This document shows, in pieces, positions 9,036 to 19,149 of a DNA stretch of 52,743 bases. Each line of letters opens with the position of its first letter. Positions within the stretch are counted from its first letter, which is position 1. Both the position numbers and the translations under genes were made by a program. The notes under the pieces are model-generated. The model had not been told where the DNA came from, ran no database searches, and saw nothing but the letters and a program-made list of their open reading frames with translations. The DNA is from a virus (lineage: Duplodnaviria > Caudoviricetes). Location: positions 1-52,743 of IMG/VR virus record IMGVR_UViG_3300036828_000508; one strand, 5' to 3'.

Positions 9036-9263
9036 CTAAAAGGGGCGAGCCCCTGCAGCAGGAAGCGGCCGCACATTGGTGAGCGCTTCGCGCCTGGTCA
9101 TGCCACGTTTGCGCTCGCTGAGATTGACGGCGTGCAATCGGCCGTCGCGGACAAGATTGCGCAGGGTTTCAACTGAGACGCGGCGCAATGCGGCGGCTTC
9201 GGTCAAGCTGACAACTCCGTCGAGCCATTGTTCATGCTCGGGTGAATTTATCCTGGGCGGCAC
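9036..9263 (-). CDS. Excisionase-like / MerR-type HTH protein
   Basis: SLTEAAALRRVSVETLRNLVRDGRL. Confidence 0.7.
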   Translation of the reverse strand: MPPRINSPEHEQWLDGVVSLTEAAALRRVSVETLRNLVRDGRLHAVNLSERKRGMTRREALTNVRPLPAAGARPF

Positions 9264-9266
9264 GGC

Positions 9267-9722
9267 TCATTCTCCGTTTGTGATGGGGCCTTTGGCGACG
9301 ATGCTTGGCAGCGGATCTTCTGCGGGCGGCGGCGGTATCGCCAGCGGCGGCAGTTTTGCGCGCACACCGCCGAGCTGATCGATCGCGGCGAAGCCATCGA
9401 GCAGCACCTTGCTGGCCGTGGTGTATTGCGCGGCAATGACCGCAATCGTCTGCCGAGTATGGTCGACCTCGGCGAGCAAGCCGAGTTCGCGCAACTTGAT
9501 TTGATCGACTTCGGTCTCGGCGAGCAGCGCCCGATTGCGCCAGTCGGCGAGTTCACGCTCGAGATCTGCGTTATGCGCAACCACGTCGAGATAGCGTTGC
9601 GCGGCGCGCTTGGCCTCGTCGGCATATTCGTTGTGCGTCGGCGCGCGCATCGGCCTACCTTGCGGCGTCTCCGTGACGGGCGGTGCTCCCTTAAATCGCT
9701 CGAGCATTGGCTGTCCTCCCAT
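9267..9722 (-). CDS. Coiled-coil hypothetical protein
   Basis: ORF in the leftward operon with heptad character. Confidence 0.55.
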   Translation of the reverse strand: MGGQPMLERFKGAPPVTETPQGRPMRAPTHNEYADEAKRAAQRYLDVVAHNADLERELADWRNRALLAETEVDQIKLRELGLLAEVDHTRQTIAVIAAQYTTASKVLLDGFAAIDQLGGVRAKLPPLAIPPPPAEDPLPSIVAKGPITNGE

Positions 9723-9723
9723 T

Positions 9724-9924
9724 TCAGATCGTATTGACGGCGTGGCGGATGTCGGACATTGCTGAATGTGCCTCGTCGATCGCGTCGTCGAGATGTTTGC
9801 GGTGAAGCGTGATCTTCTCGTCGACTGGCAATTGGTCTGCCATCAGCTCGGCGGCGCTCGATATCCTCATCAAAGCGAGATTGAGCCGATCGGTGGCGCG
9901 TAAATTTTGGGTTCGTCTTGCCAT
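9724..9924 (-). CDS. Hypothetical protein
   Basis: Tightly packed in operon, GGAG RBS. Confidence 0.5.
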   Translation of the reverse strand: MARRTQNLRATDRLNLALMRISSAAELMADQLPVDEKITLHRKHLDDAIDEAHSAMSDIRHAVNTI

Positions 9925-9936
9925 TAGATGTGCTCC

Positions 9937-10161
9937 CTAGATTTTTCCCATTTTACTGCACCCACTGCGTTCGATTTCGATCTTAAATACGCAGGCATCT
10001 GCATCGTTGGCGTTTGCTGATGGCGTGTTTGTTCTGATGTAGACCCGCTCACCGATGGATTCATTGGCATCAATACGTTGCCAATAATCTGGCCCCACTG
10101 TCGAAAACAGGTCGCCGGGATGCAGATCGCGGCCTGCTACGCTGGTGGCTTTTACTTTCAT
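9937..10161 (-). CDS. Hypothetical protein
   Basis: Tightly packed in operon. Confidence 0.5.
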   Translation of the reverse strand: MKVKATSVAGRDLHPGDLFSTVGPDYWQRIDANESIGERVYIRTNTPSANANDADACVFKIEIERSGCSKMGKI

Positions 10162-10164
10162 GGA

Positions 10165-11151
10165 TCACTCGCTAAAGCTCGGCAGCGGCGAGCCGTCGAA
10201 GCCGGCCTGCCAGCACAAATGCTCGCGGGTGCGATCTTTGTTACGGTATTCGGGCGGCGATCCTTTACGCTCGCCATTGCTGGCGCGCCATTTTTTGCCG
10301 CGCTCGTAGGCCTCTTCGAGTTCGGCCGCCGCCGCGGGAGCAGGTGTTTGCTCACTACCGCCCTCCGCTGGCGTTATGACTTCGGAGGCCGAGGCAAAAA
10401 AATCGAGCGCGCTGCCGGCGGCGCGCTGCTCGTCCCGCGATGGCGGCGTCTCGATGCCGAGCGATGCCTGCTCGTCGCGCTGCAGGAAGTGATCGACGTC
10501 GCTCGACTTCGGCAGCAGTTTCGCCAAGGCGCGTAATGCAGTCTTTTTTTGCATCTCGGATTCCCACATTTTCCAAGGTGCATCGTCGCGAGAGGCCCGG
10601 CTCATATTGCGGCGTTTATTTATTTCCTTGAGCGTCATCGGCTCGACAAAAAATCCGCCATCGACGGTTGTCGCCGCCGCGTAAACCAGCTTGACTTTGC
10701 GGTCGCCGGTCTGCTCGTAGTCTGGAACGTGCTTGAAATGCTCGCCGGCCTCGTCGGTCCAGTGCGCGAATTCTTCGCCTTCGTAAACAATGCTGGCGCC
10801 AATCCATTTGAAGGTTCCGGAATTGCGAAACTTTTTCAGCAAACCCTGATACATCGGCAAATAGTTTGCGGTGCTTTTGTAAGCGACGATGGCGGCCTCG
10901 CTGCCGTCCGGCATAAGCCCGTCCTGGGCGCAGCGCATGCAGGCAACAAACAGGCTGCGCTTGTCGCAGGCGAGCAAATCGGGATTGATCTGCACCGCGG
11001 TCATCACCGCCGCGACAAAGCGTTCGGGTTTGATATGCGGTGGCAGCGCGCTGCGCAGCGAGTCAATGCGCTCGTTGAGATAATTGCGCAGCACGATGAT
11101 CGGATGTGGCGGCTTGGTGGTTTCGGCGTTGGCGACGGCGGTCTCAGCCAT
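10165..11151 (-). CDS. recT: RecT-family single-strand annealing recombinase
   Basis: ALPPHIKPERF, CAQDGLMPD, MYQGL, PWKMWESEMQKKTALR; start MAETAV. Confidence 0.9.
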   Translation of the reverse strand: MAETAVANAETTKPPHPIIVLRNYLNERIDSLRSALPPHIKPERFVAAVMTAVQINPDLLACDKRSLFVACMRCAQDGLMPDGSEAAIVAYKSTANYLPMYQGLLKKFRNSGTFKWIGASIVYEGEEFAHWTDEAGEHFKHVPDYEQTGDRKVKLVYAAATTVDGGFFVEPMTLKEINKRRNMSRASRDDAPWKMWESEMQKKTALRALAKLLPKSSDVDHFLQRDEQASLGIETPPSRDEQRAAGSALDFFASASEVITPAEGGSEQTPAPAAAAELEEAYERGKKWRASNGERKGSPPEYRNKDRTREHLCWQAGFDGSPLPSFSE

Positions 11152-12064
11152 TTGCTTGATCCTTGTGATGAATGCGCAGCGTGCGAATGTCCTTCGCTGG
11201 CACGGTGTATTGATCGCGATGATATGACTTCCAGGTGATAGACCAACCGGGCAAGCCGACGATACGATCTGCATCACGCATGAGATATTTTATTTGGGTT
11301 TCTATTTCCTGCTTGCGGTCGTCGAAGCGCGACAGCTGCGCCATAATTGCCTCGCGCTGATCGAGCAGCCCCAGCAGCTCGTTGTCGCCGCCGAGATCGA
11401 TCGACTTGCCGGGAACTTCGTGCGGCGCGATCAGCGCCAGGAGTTCGGCGTCTTTGCCGTAGTCGGGATCCGGCTCGCGCCCAGCCTCGACGTCATTCCA
11501 GAACTGTTTGACAGCGTCGCGGATTCTTTGCTGCACAACAGGCAGCAGCTCCACCTCGCGGATGACGCAGCTCAGATCATAGGCATCGACCTTCAGCGCG
11601 GCGACGACCGCGAAAGCGGCGCCGGTTAGCGCGGCTTCGGTGGTGACCTGCAACTCGATCCATAGCGGTGTCTTGCCGTCCTGCCATTCGCGCTCGAAGA
11701 CGCTTGGCGCGGCGGTTTTCAGCTGCAAAACGCCGAGGCCGCGCTCGTCGCCATGAATGAAATAGTCCGGCGTGGCGCCGAGACGGCAATCTGGGTCGCG
11801 AAAATAGAACTGGCTTTTCTCAAGCAGCCAGTCCGGCCGCTGTTCGCCGACCGCGAGCGCGGCTGCGGGTTCCATCAGCCGGCCGCGGCGTAGTACCGGA
11901 TTGTCGGCGTCGCTGAACTCGACGCCGCTGTGCTGCATATAAAGCTTAAGCGCAGTCAGATAAGGATGAACGCCGTACAATGCACCAATTGTGCTGGCAG
12001 TTACGTCACGCTTTCTCAAGTCGAGCCACTGCGAACGGCTTGTGATTAAATGCTTTTCTATCAT
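11144..12064 (-). CDS. YqaJ-like viral recombinase exonuclease
   Basis: WLDLRKRDVTAS, GRLMEP, GATPDY, QLKT; adjacent to recT. Confidence 0.88.
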   Translation of the reverse strand: MIEKHLITSRSQWLDLRKRDVTASTIGALYGVHPYLTALKLYMQHSGVEFSDADNPVLRRGRLMEPAAALAVGEQRPDWLLEKSQFYFRDPDCRLGATPDYFIHGDERGLGVLQLKTAAPSVFEREWQDGKTPLWIELQVTTEAALTGAAFAVVAALKVDAYDLSCVIREVELLPVVQQRIRDAVKQFWNDVEAGREPDPDYGKDAELLALIAPHEVPGKSIDLGGDNELLGLLDQREAIMAQLSRFDDRKQEIETQIKYLMRDADRIVGLPGWSITWKSYHRDQYTVPAKDIRTLRIHHKDQANG

Positions 12065-12458
12065 CTAAGCCACCACGATACGCGGTTGAGCAACTGTCTA
12101 ACAGTTACGCGGTATTGTCGGCTGATGTCGGTCTTTGACGTTAATGCGCAGTTTCGAAGTAGGCTTTCCTAAAAAGTATTTTGCCCACGAGATAAAATAA
12201 TTTCAAGCTGTGCACGCTGGTTTTTAGGTGGCGCAATAATGCGCACTTTTTTAAGGGTTGGAAATTCCTAACGAAAATGCGGCAAATATTACGTCGCGCG
12301 TAAGATATTTATTTTTCAGAGCGGTGATTAGTTCGCCCAAACACCAGCTAAACCTAGCACAATCGAGTAATGCGTCAAGGCGCGATGCTGGACGATTGCG
12401 AGGTCGCGACGCATTGTGTTCGCGCGAAACCTCCGTCGATTGTTCCTAGGGACGCGCC
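12065..12458. promoter_or_regulatory. AT-rich divergent control region
   Basis: AT-rich gap between divergently oriented early operons. Confidence 0.55.
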
Positions 12459-12779
12459 ATGACTGCCGCGACTTGCCCGCATTGCGGCCAGCGCATTCTG
12501 ACGCGGCATGGCGTTCGATTGTCACCGCTGCTCAGCGAGATTTTTGGCGTCATCGAAAAGGCCGGCGAGCACGGCGTGACGGCATGGGCTTTGATGGTGC
12601 GTCTGTATCCGGGCTTGCCGGATGCACAGGCGCGCGCGCGGATCAAATCCAATGTTTGGCGGATCAACAATTGCTTTTCCGGGACCAATATTCGCGTGCG
12701 GCTCGGCGGCAAGCTGGCGCCTTATCGCGTGGTCCGGATCAGACAAATGGCCAGTGCCGCATCTGGAGCACGAGAATGA
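12459..12779 (+). CDS. Zn-ribbon plus winged-helix DNA-binding protein
   Basis: CPHCG; LMVRLY...IKSNVWRIN. Confidence 0.55.
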   Translation: MTAATCPHCGQRILTRHGVRLSPLLSEIFGVIEKAGEHGVTAWALMVRLYPGLPDAQARARIKSNVWRINNCFSGTNIRVRLGGKLAPYRVVRIRQMASAASGARE

Positions 12780-12970
12780 CCCCCGACAAATGCTGTGCTT
12801 GCGAAGCCGAAATTGTTTACGGCAAAACGCATGAGATGACGATCACCAAATCCGGCACAACGCGAGTCACGACGTGGTGCCAGGAGTGCGCCATAAATTA
12901 CGCATGGGCATCGTGGCCAGAGGATTATGGTCCATGCCCACATCAACAACATCGAGCTGGGCACTGTTAG
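12776..12970 (+). CDS. Small Cys-rich hypothetical protein
   Basis: ATGA overlap with the upstream gene; CCAC and CQEC. Confidence 0.45.
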   Translation: MTPDKCCACEAEIVYGKTHEMTITKSGTTRVTTWCQECAINYAWASWPEDYGPCPHQQHRAGHC

Positions 12971-13009
12971 GAGCATGCGCATGATGACCGAGCTTACCGA
13001 GGGTAATGC

Positions 13010-13606
13010 ATGACCGCGAACCGCCCACATCTCATGCCGGTTGGGCTGACTGGAATTCCTCGGGCCGACGCGGAGATCAGGCGCACAATCGAAACGCTGC
13101 GCGTAGCGCAATTTGAGCAAGATCCCTTGTTTGATGTCGGCGATTCTTTCCGGCTATCGCTGTGCAATTCAGCCGTAAAGCGCGAGGGGGTAATCATCGA
13201 GGCCGCGATCAAGGATGCTGTAGAGCAAACACCGTATTTGCGCTTGTTTGAAGAAAGGGGAGGTCTGCACCGTCACGTGGACGTGCAGTTCGAATTGATT
13301 GAAAATGGCTGGCTCGTCGCGTTAGAGATCAAGCGCGGGGCATTGCACGATTCCACTAAGATACGTCAATTCCGCGCCGATTTGATTGGAATTCCGCCGT
13401 TGCTCTGCACTGCGTTGCCGTTGTTTCCCGCCGAAAATATTCGCTTTCACATCGTCTTTATCAGTGGCAACGCGCCGATCCGAGAAGGACTCAATCTGGA
13501 CGATCTCGCGCGTCTATATGGCTTGCACGCTCGCTCGCATGTCATGACCGCGCGGCAGCGTTATTCAACATCAATCAGATCAGTGTTGCGAGAGCGCGGA
13601 CTGTAA
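13010..13606 (+). CDS. Putative PD-(D/E)XK nuclease
   Basis: HVDVQF...ALEIKRG motif. Confidence 0.5.
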   Translation: MTANRPHLMPVGLTGIPRADAEIRRTIETLRVAQFEQDPLFDVGDSFRLSLCNSAVKREGVIIEAAIKDAVEQTPYLRLFEERGGLHRHVDVQFELIENGWLVALEIKRGALHDSTKIRQFRADLIGIPPLLCTALPLFPAENIRFHIVFISGNAPIREGLNLDDLARLYGLHARSHVMTARQRYSTSIRSVLRERGL

Positions 13607-13608
13607 CC

Positions 13609-13926
13609 ATGAAGGTGAAACATAAAATGACGACAAGGTGGGGCCTCAATTTATTTTCTCGTCTAAGGAACGGTGGGGTGTGGGGGATACCGCGCAGCGG
13701 GGTCGTTTTTCAAAAGCAGAAAGATGATCTGGTTTGGGTTGGCAGTGTCCCACCAAACGGCTCGCTCGCACTCCCCGTGGACGCCTATGTTGTTCAAGAA
13801 AGCGAATTTCTTACGGCGCGGGAGAAGTTTGCGGAGGTTGGTATTTTGGTTACGAAGGCCGCTGTGATCGAGAAATTTGAAAATATGGATGAGGCGACAG
13901 CGCGATGGGAGGATAGCAAGTCATGA
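13609..13926 (+). CDS. Hypothetical protein
   Basis: Operon packing; GGVWGIPRSG. Confidence 0.55.
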   Translation: MKVKHKMTTRWGLNLFSRLRNGGVWGIPRSGVVFQKQKDDLVWVGSVPPNGSLALPVDAYVVQESEFLTAREKFAEVGILVTKAAVIEKFENMDEATARWEDSKS

Positions 13927-14780
13927 GCGACGAATTTACCAAAATTGCTGGGAAGCTTCTCACCAATGTCCGCGATCTGGTCGATTGGGGCATCGAGGGC
14001 GGACACACGACCGCAGAGCAATTGCGGTTGACCGTCGAGGCGCGGCGGGCGACGGCCGCCAAGCTCGTCGAAGGCGGCCTGTCACAGCGGCAAGCCGCCA
14101 AAGCGTTGGGGGTCGATCAGGCAACGGTCAGTCGCGACGTGATGCGGAATGCATCGAAAAGTGATGCAAAGCGCATCACAACAACCAAGGCCGAGAAGCG
14201 GGCGCAGCGCGAAATTGATCTCGCAAGCCAGCAAGTCGCGCTGCCGGGCAAGCGCTACGGCGTCATTGTTGCTGACTCTGAATGGCGCTTCGAGCCATAT
14301 AGCCGCGAGACCGGCATGGATCGCGCCGCCGATAATCATTATCCGACGAGTGTGACAGAGATTATTGCAGCGCGCGACGTGCCGAGTATCGCGGCCGACG
14401 ATTGTGTTTTGTTCTCATGGGCGACGGTGCCGATGCTGCGTGACGCAATGCTTGTGATGGAGGCGTGGGGCTTCACGTACAAGTCGCACGCTATTTGGGA
14501 CAAGGTCTATATCGGTACCGGCTACTGGTTTCGCAATCGCCATGAACTTCTGCTGGTCGGCACCAAGGGCGCAATCCCAGCTCCCGCGATGGGAGATCAA
14601 TTCGCTTCGGTAATGACGATCGCGCGCAAGGAGCATTCAGCAAAGCCCGACCAGTTTCTCGAAATGATCGAGCAGTATTTTCCAACTCTGCCGAAGATCG
14701 AGCTGAACCGTCGCGGTCCGGCGCGGCCGGGATGGGATGCTTGGGGCAATGAGGCCGAAACTGCGGCGGCAGCCGAATGA
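13923..14780 (+). CDS. MT-A70-family adenine methyltransferase with N-terminal HTH
   Basis: IVADSEW, HYPT, GTGYWFRNRHELLLVG, HSAKP; SQRQAAKALGVDQATVSRD. Confidence 0.85.
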   Translation: MSDEFTKIAGKLLTNVRDLVDWGIEGGHTTAEQLRLTVEARRATAAKLVEGGLSQRQAAKALGVDQATVSRDVMRNASKSDAKRITTTKAEKRAQREIDLASQQVALPGKRYGVIVADSEWRFEPYSRETGMDRAADNHYPTSVTEIIAARDVPSIAADDCVLFSWATVPMLRDAMLVMEAWGFTYKSHAIWDKVYIGTGYWFRNRHELLLVGTKGAIPAPAMGDQFASVMTIARKEHSAKPDQFLEMIEQYFPTLPKIELNRRGPARPGWDAWGNEAETAAAAE

Positions 14781-14809
14781 TAAACGCGAACCGTCGAGCA
14801 GTTTGAATA

Positions 14810-15460
14810 ATGACGACAATATTAGCCCTCGATCTCGCTACCGTTACCGGCTTCGCGCGCGGCGACGTTGCGCGGCCTATGCCGACGCCAATCGCTGGCT
14901 CGATCCGCTTCGGCAAGACAGGCGCGTCGGACAACGCGGTGTTTGCGCATTGCATGAGCTGGATCTCGGAGCTACTGGAGCCGCAGCCGCGTCCGGATTT
15001 TATTGCGATCGAAGCCATGTTGCCGCCCGGTGCCATGGTCGGCGCAACGACGCGCGAAGTGCGCGATCGCCTGGCGGGCCTACACGGCATCGTTCGCGCG
15101 GTGGCGCATCTGCGCGGCATCGATCGCATCGAGGCTTATCGCGTTGGCGACGTCAGGGCTCACTTCATCGGCGAACGCGGCCTCAAACGCGACGCAGCAA
15201 AGCGTGCCGTTATGTATCGCTGCGCGCAACTTGGCTGGCAGGCACCCGACGACAATGCCGGCGACGCGCTGGCTCTATGGTCACACGCGGCGGCACAGAT
15301 CGATCCCAATCATGCGTTGATGTTGTCGCCGTTATTCAACGCGAGCCTACGACGGAGTCCCGAGCATGTCGGAAGAAATCACCTTCATAGAACGACCAGT
15401 ATGGCCACGAGCGCGAAGCTATCGTTTGGTGCTGCCGTCCGAGTCCGCCGCATTGTTTGA
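14810..15460 (+). CDS. RuvC-like Holliday junction resolvase
   Basis: ILALDLAT, IAIEA, DDNAGDALAL. Confidence 0.7.
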   Translation: MTTILALDLATVTGFARGDVARPMPTPIAGSIRFGKTGASDNAVFAHCMSWISELLEPQPRPDFIAIEAMLPPGAMVGATTREVRDRLAGLHGIVRAVAHLRGIDRIEAYRVGDVRAHFIGERGLKRDAAKRAVMYRCAQLGWQAPDDNAGDALALWSHAAAQIDPNHALMLSPLFNASLRRSPEHVGRNHLHRTTSMATSAKLSFGAAVRVRRIV

Positions 15461-15593
15461 GGCCGCCGCAGCCAAGCGCGGCTTAGCGCCCAAAACACTG
15501 CTGAAAAAAATCATGCTGATCCTGCTGGACGACAATTTGTTAGACGCGGTGATCGATGACGGAGCCGAGTCAAAAGTTTCAAGCGCGATGTGA
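15366..15593 (+). CDS. Small DNA-binding-like protein
   Basis: Ribbon-helix-helix-like pattern. Confidence 0.45.
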   Translation: MSEEITFIERPVWPRARSYRLVLPSESAALFEAAAAKRGLAPKTLLKKIMLILLDDNLLDAVIDDGAESKVSSAM

Positions 15594-15638
15594 AGCGCGG
15601 GCGCAACTGTGGCAACTCGGGCGAGCTAACAGGTCCGT

Positions 15639-16100
15639 ATGATGGTTGTTGATTTCGACAAGTTGCGCGCGGACATCACGCGGGAGAACGCGATTGAATT
15701 GCTCGCGGGTGTGCGCTGCGGTGAATGCAACGCAGCGGGCGAATACATTTTGTTCAGCGAAATCAATAACAACGGCGTCGGCATCCGGTGCAAAACCTGC
15801 GGCAAATATCATCCGTTCGTCAAACAAAAAATTATGTGGCTGCGTGGCCACGGAAAGCGCCGGGCAAACGACATCGTTGCCGTCGCGACGGAGTGCGGAG
15901 CTTATTGCTACGGCTGCGGCAGCACTTTCGAGGAGCTTGAAAAGTTTGGCATCGGGCTTGCTGTTCACCACACGCGGGGGTTTGCCGAGAACGGTGAGAG
16001 CTACAAGAAAATTCCAGTTTGCAGCGAGTGTCACGAGCTGCTCAATTTTATGCAACGAGTGCGGCGACGACAACGTCAGCCAAGTCGGCAGAGTCCTTAA
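15639..16100 (+). CDS. Zinc-binding HNH-like protein
   Basis: Four CxxC pairs; VHH...VCSECH. Confidence 0.6.
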   Translation: MMVVDFDKLRADITRENAIELLAGVRCGECNAAGEYILFSEINNNGVGIRCKTCGKYHPFVKQKIMWLRGHGKRRANDIVAVATECGAYCYGCGSTFEELEKFGIGLAVHHTRGFAENGESYKKIPVCSECHELLNFMQRVRRRQRQPSRQSP

Positions 16101-16121
16101 AAATAATGAGGCGCAAACAGA

Positions 16122-18164
16122 ATGACCGCCGAACTCGACAATCCGACAAAAAGGCGCCGGCGGCTCGTGTCGGCTGGATTTCAGCCGATCCCTTTGACTG
16201 GCAAACGTCCAGCAATGGATCAATGGTCAAAAAAGACCGAAACTAATTTCACCGAAATTGGCCTGTGGGAAAAAGTTTACCCGTGGTCGACCAACACCGG
16301 GATTTTGACCCAGCGCACGCCGACGCTCGATATTGACATCCTCGACGACGAGCCGGCGGCTGCGGTTGAGGCGCTCGCTCGCGAAATGTTCGAAGAACGC
16401 GGATATTTTCTGGTCCGCTTTGGCAAACGCCCAAAGCGCGCAATTATCTGCCGCACCGATCAGCCGTTTAAAAAGGTCGCCACTTCGCTACTCGCGCCAG
16501 ACGGCAAGACCGATCAAAAAGTTGAAGTCCTCGCCGATGGACAGCAGGTCGTGGTCTTCGGCACGCATCCAGAAACATTGAAGCCCTATAGCTGGTTCGG
16601 TGGCGAACCCGGAGACATTCGCTGGGAAGACCTGCCTTACATTTCCGCCGACGACGCCAAGGAGTTTGTTGGGCGTGCCAGCGAACTGCTGGTCAAGGAT
16701 TTTGGCTATCAGCAGCCGGTCGAGATCAAGGAACGTGCGCGACCCGGCGACGAGCCCGGCGAATTTCATCACGCTAATTGGGCGCAGCTTGTTGCCAATG
16801 TCGTCGGCGGCGTCGAGCTGCACGACAGCCTGCGCGATCTGTCAGCTTCGCTGATCGCCAGCAACATTGAAGCCGATAACGTCATTCGCATGCTGCAAGC
16901 GATCATGCTCGCCAGCACCATGCCACACGACGAGCGCTGGAAAAGCCGCTTTGACGAGATCACGCGCTCGGTCGTTTCCGCAACCAGCAAATTCGAGCCG
17001 GAAAAGCCGGCGCCGGCTGTCGAGCAGGCAACGCCTTATGTTGCGCCTGATGAGGAAACGATTCCGCCTCGCGCATGGCTCTATGGTGGCCACTATATCC
17101 GGCAAGCCGCAACCGCCACCGTCGCTCCGGGCGGCTTCGGCAAGACGACGCTCATTCTCTATGAGGCGATCAATATGGTCGCCCAAGGTTTGCGCGTCTG
17201 GTATCTCTCCGGTGAAGATCCTCGCATCGAACTCGACCGCCGCATTGCAGCGCATTGCGCCAAGTATCACATCACGCTCGCCGCGCTGCCCGGCCGCCTG
17301 TTTGTCGACGACCGCGCCAGCTTTCCATTTTTTGTCGGCTTGAGCCTGCGTCCCGGCACAGTGCGCTTCGACGACGCCAGCTTGACGCGCTTCGAAAACG
17401 CGATTTTAGCCGGCAAAATAGATGTGACGATGTTGGACCCCTTCATTTCGTTTCATGCCGTTCCGGAAAACGATAACGGCTGCATCGACGCCGTCGTCAA
17501 GCGTGTCGCAGGCATCAGCCAGCGCACCAACTGCGGAATCGAAATCAGTCATCACGTTCGCAAACCGTTTGCCGGTCAAGCCACGCTCACCGTCGACGAC
17601 GCTCGCGGTGGTTCGGCCATCATCAATGCCGTGCGCTCGGGCCGCGTTATCAATCGCATGACCGCAGCGGAAGCCGAGCAGGCCAAAATCAGTGACGAGC
17701 AGCGCACCGCGTACATTCGGCTCGACCGGGGAAAGCGCAACATGGCACCCCCCGATAAGGCAACGTGGTTTTGCCTCGTCAATCAACCGCTTCGAAACGG
17801 CGATCAGGTACAGGCGCTCAGCACTTGGCAATTTCCCTCATTGTTTCAAGGCCTTTCGGTCGAGGACACTGAGCACATTCGCAAGCTCGTCCAGGCTACT
17901 CCCTATCGGGCCGACCCACGCTCGGAACACTGGCTCGGCATCGAGGTCGCGGCGCGCGCTGGCCTCAATATCCACCACGCGCCGGATGTTAAGAAAATTC
18001 AAAAGCTTATCGCGACCTGGCTCAGTAACGGCGTGTTCGTTAAGCGGGAAATGTACGACAAGGCGACGCGCAAGCCGCGCACGTTCTACGTCGCCAAAGA
18101 CACCCAACCCAGCCCCGACGAAGGTGGTAAATTGTTCCGTGAGGAGGATGATGCAGATGATTAA
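16122..18164 (+). CDS. Primase-polymerase fused to AAA (RepA-like) helicase
   Basis: NTGIL...LDIDI, GTHPET; Walker A APGGFGKT, MLDPF, SHHVRK, ARGGSA. Confidence 0.88.
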   Translation: MTAELDNPTKRRRRLVSAGFQPIPLTGKRPAMDQWSKKTETNFTEIGLWEKVYPWSTNTGILTQRTPTLDIDILDDEPAAAVEALAREMFEERGYFLVRFGKRPKRAIICRTDQPFKKVATSLLAPDGKTDQKVEVLADGQQVVVFGTHPETLKPYSWFGGEPGDIRWEDLPYISADDAKEFVGRASELLVKDFGYQQPVEIKERARPGDEPGEFHHANWAQLVANVVGGVELHDSLRDLSASLIASNIEADNVIRMLQAIMLASTMPHDERWKSRFDEITRSVVSATSKFEPEKPAPAVEQATPYVAPDEETIPPRAWLYGGHYIRQAATATVAPGGFGKTTLILYEAINMVAQGLRVWYLSGEDPRIELDRRIAAHCAKYHITLAALPGRLFVDDRASFPFFVGLSLRPGTVRFDDASLTRFENAILAGKIDVTMLDPFISFHAVPENDNGCIDAVVKRVAGISQRTNCGIEISHHVRKPFAGQATLTVDDARGGSAIINAVRSGRVINRMTAAEAEQAKISDEQRTAYIRLDRGKRNMAPPDKATWFCLVNQPLRNGDQVQALSTWQFPSLFQGLSVEDTEHIRKLVQATPYRADPRSEHWLGIEVAARAGLNIHHAPDVKKIQKLIATWLSNGVFVKREMYDKATRKPRTFYVAKDTQPSPDEGGKLFREEDDADD

Positions 18165-18169
18165 ACTTC

Positions 18170-18345
18170 GGCGCAGTTTTTGGCGCAAGACTGGCGCAAA
18201 GGGGGGCGACGTGCGCCAACGGAATTTCCTGCGCCAACCAGTGACCAGTCCCTAAAAGGATTCGGGACTGGCGCACTGGCCGCTAAGTGCTTTGACGCAG
18301 GAGAATTCCAGCTGGCGCAAAGTCGGCGCAGCCACGGCGCAGTGC
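18170..18345. repeat. GGCGCA iteron-like cluster, candidate replication origin
   Basis: About 9 GGCGCA/TGCGCC copies in both orientations just after the primase-helicase. Confidence 0.55.
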
Positions 18346-18392
18346 CATGAGTTTTTGGGTCATCGAAAGGGTTGGCAGTCTCAACGCTAAAT

Positions 18393-18857
18393 TCACACCG
18401 CTCGCGTATCTTGAGAAGCTATCTCTACCCGCACCTTGCGACCCAAAAGCTCAAGCAGGACGAACTGCCGATCCCGCGTCGACATGCCGTCATAGAGCCC
18501 AATGTGGTCAACGAAGCTGCCGCGAACGATCCGCAGCTTGTCGCCAAGCTGCAAGCCTCGCGGTGCCGGCAGCCGGACCACGCCATTGCGCTCTAGCTTG
18601 CGAATACTGGAAACGACACCCTCACGCAGCTCAGCCGGCCGCTCGCCTGCTCTGAGCAATCGGATAACCCCAATCGTATTATCAATCGCCGACCAGCGGA
18701 ATTCACCAACTCGCACGAATAGATACGCCGGAAATAGCGCAACCGTTCGCGCCTCAAGCCGCAACATCGGCAGATAAGTTTCGAAGCCGTTGTGCTCTAA
18801 AAACCGCTGCGCCGTCTTCTCGCGCTGGCTTTCGGTTTGTGCCACTGCCCAAAACAT
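18393..18857 (-). CDS. NusG/RfaH-family antiterminator
   Basis: NGN domain (WAVAQT, YLP, LFPAYLFV) plus KOW (GDKLRIVRGSF). Confidence 0.85.
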   Translation of the reverse strand: MFWAVAQTESQREKTAQRFLEHNGFETYLPMLRLEARTVALFPAYLFVRVGEFRWSAIDNTIGVIRLLRAGERPAELREGVVSSIRKLERNGVVRLPAPRGLQLGDKLRIVRGSFVDHIGLYDGMSTRDRQFVLLELLGRKVRVEIASQDTRAV

Positions 18858-19149
18858 GCGTGCCTATAACGCTATATCTTGCGGGTGCGTCAATACTGCG
18901 CTACAAGCGCAACCCTGCTGCTCAATTGTATTGAACGAAAACGGGAGTCGGGAAAATCCGACTCTGCCGCAGTGCAGCGCGTTTTCCGCAATGGAGTCCC
19001 CAAACGTCGTTGCGGAAATCCCGGCGAGCGTCGTTAGGTCAACCGTTTGAGCCGAGGTGCGCAGCCTCGCTCATTGCCGAGCAGCAGCGGATAAAACCTC
19101 GACGTTCGCCGGCTCCTATCAGTCACTAACCAAGGGAAGAAAAATCTAA

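Noticed and set aside
12300-12325. Possible self-target of the orphan unit in the control region
   Set aside because: Manual NN-x-NN alignment broke down after a few dinucleotides; no target is claimed
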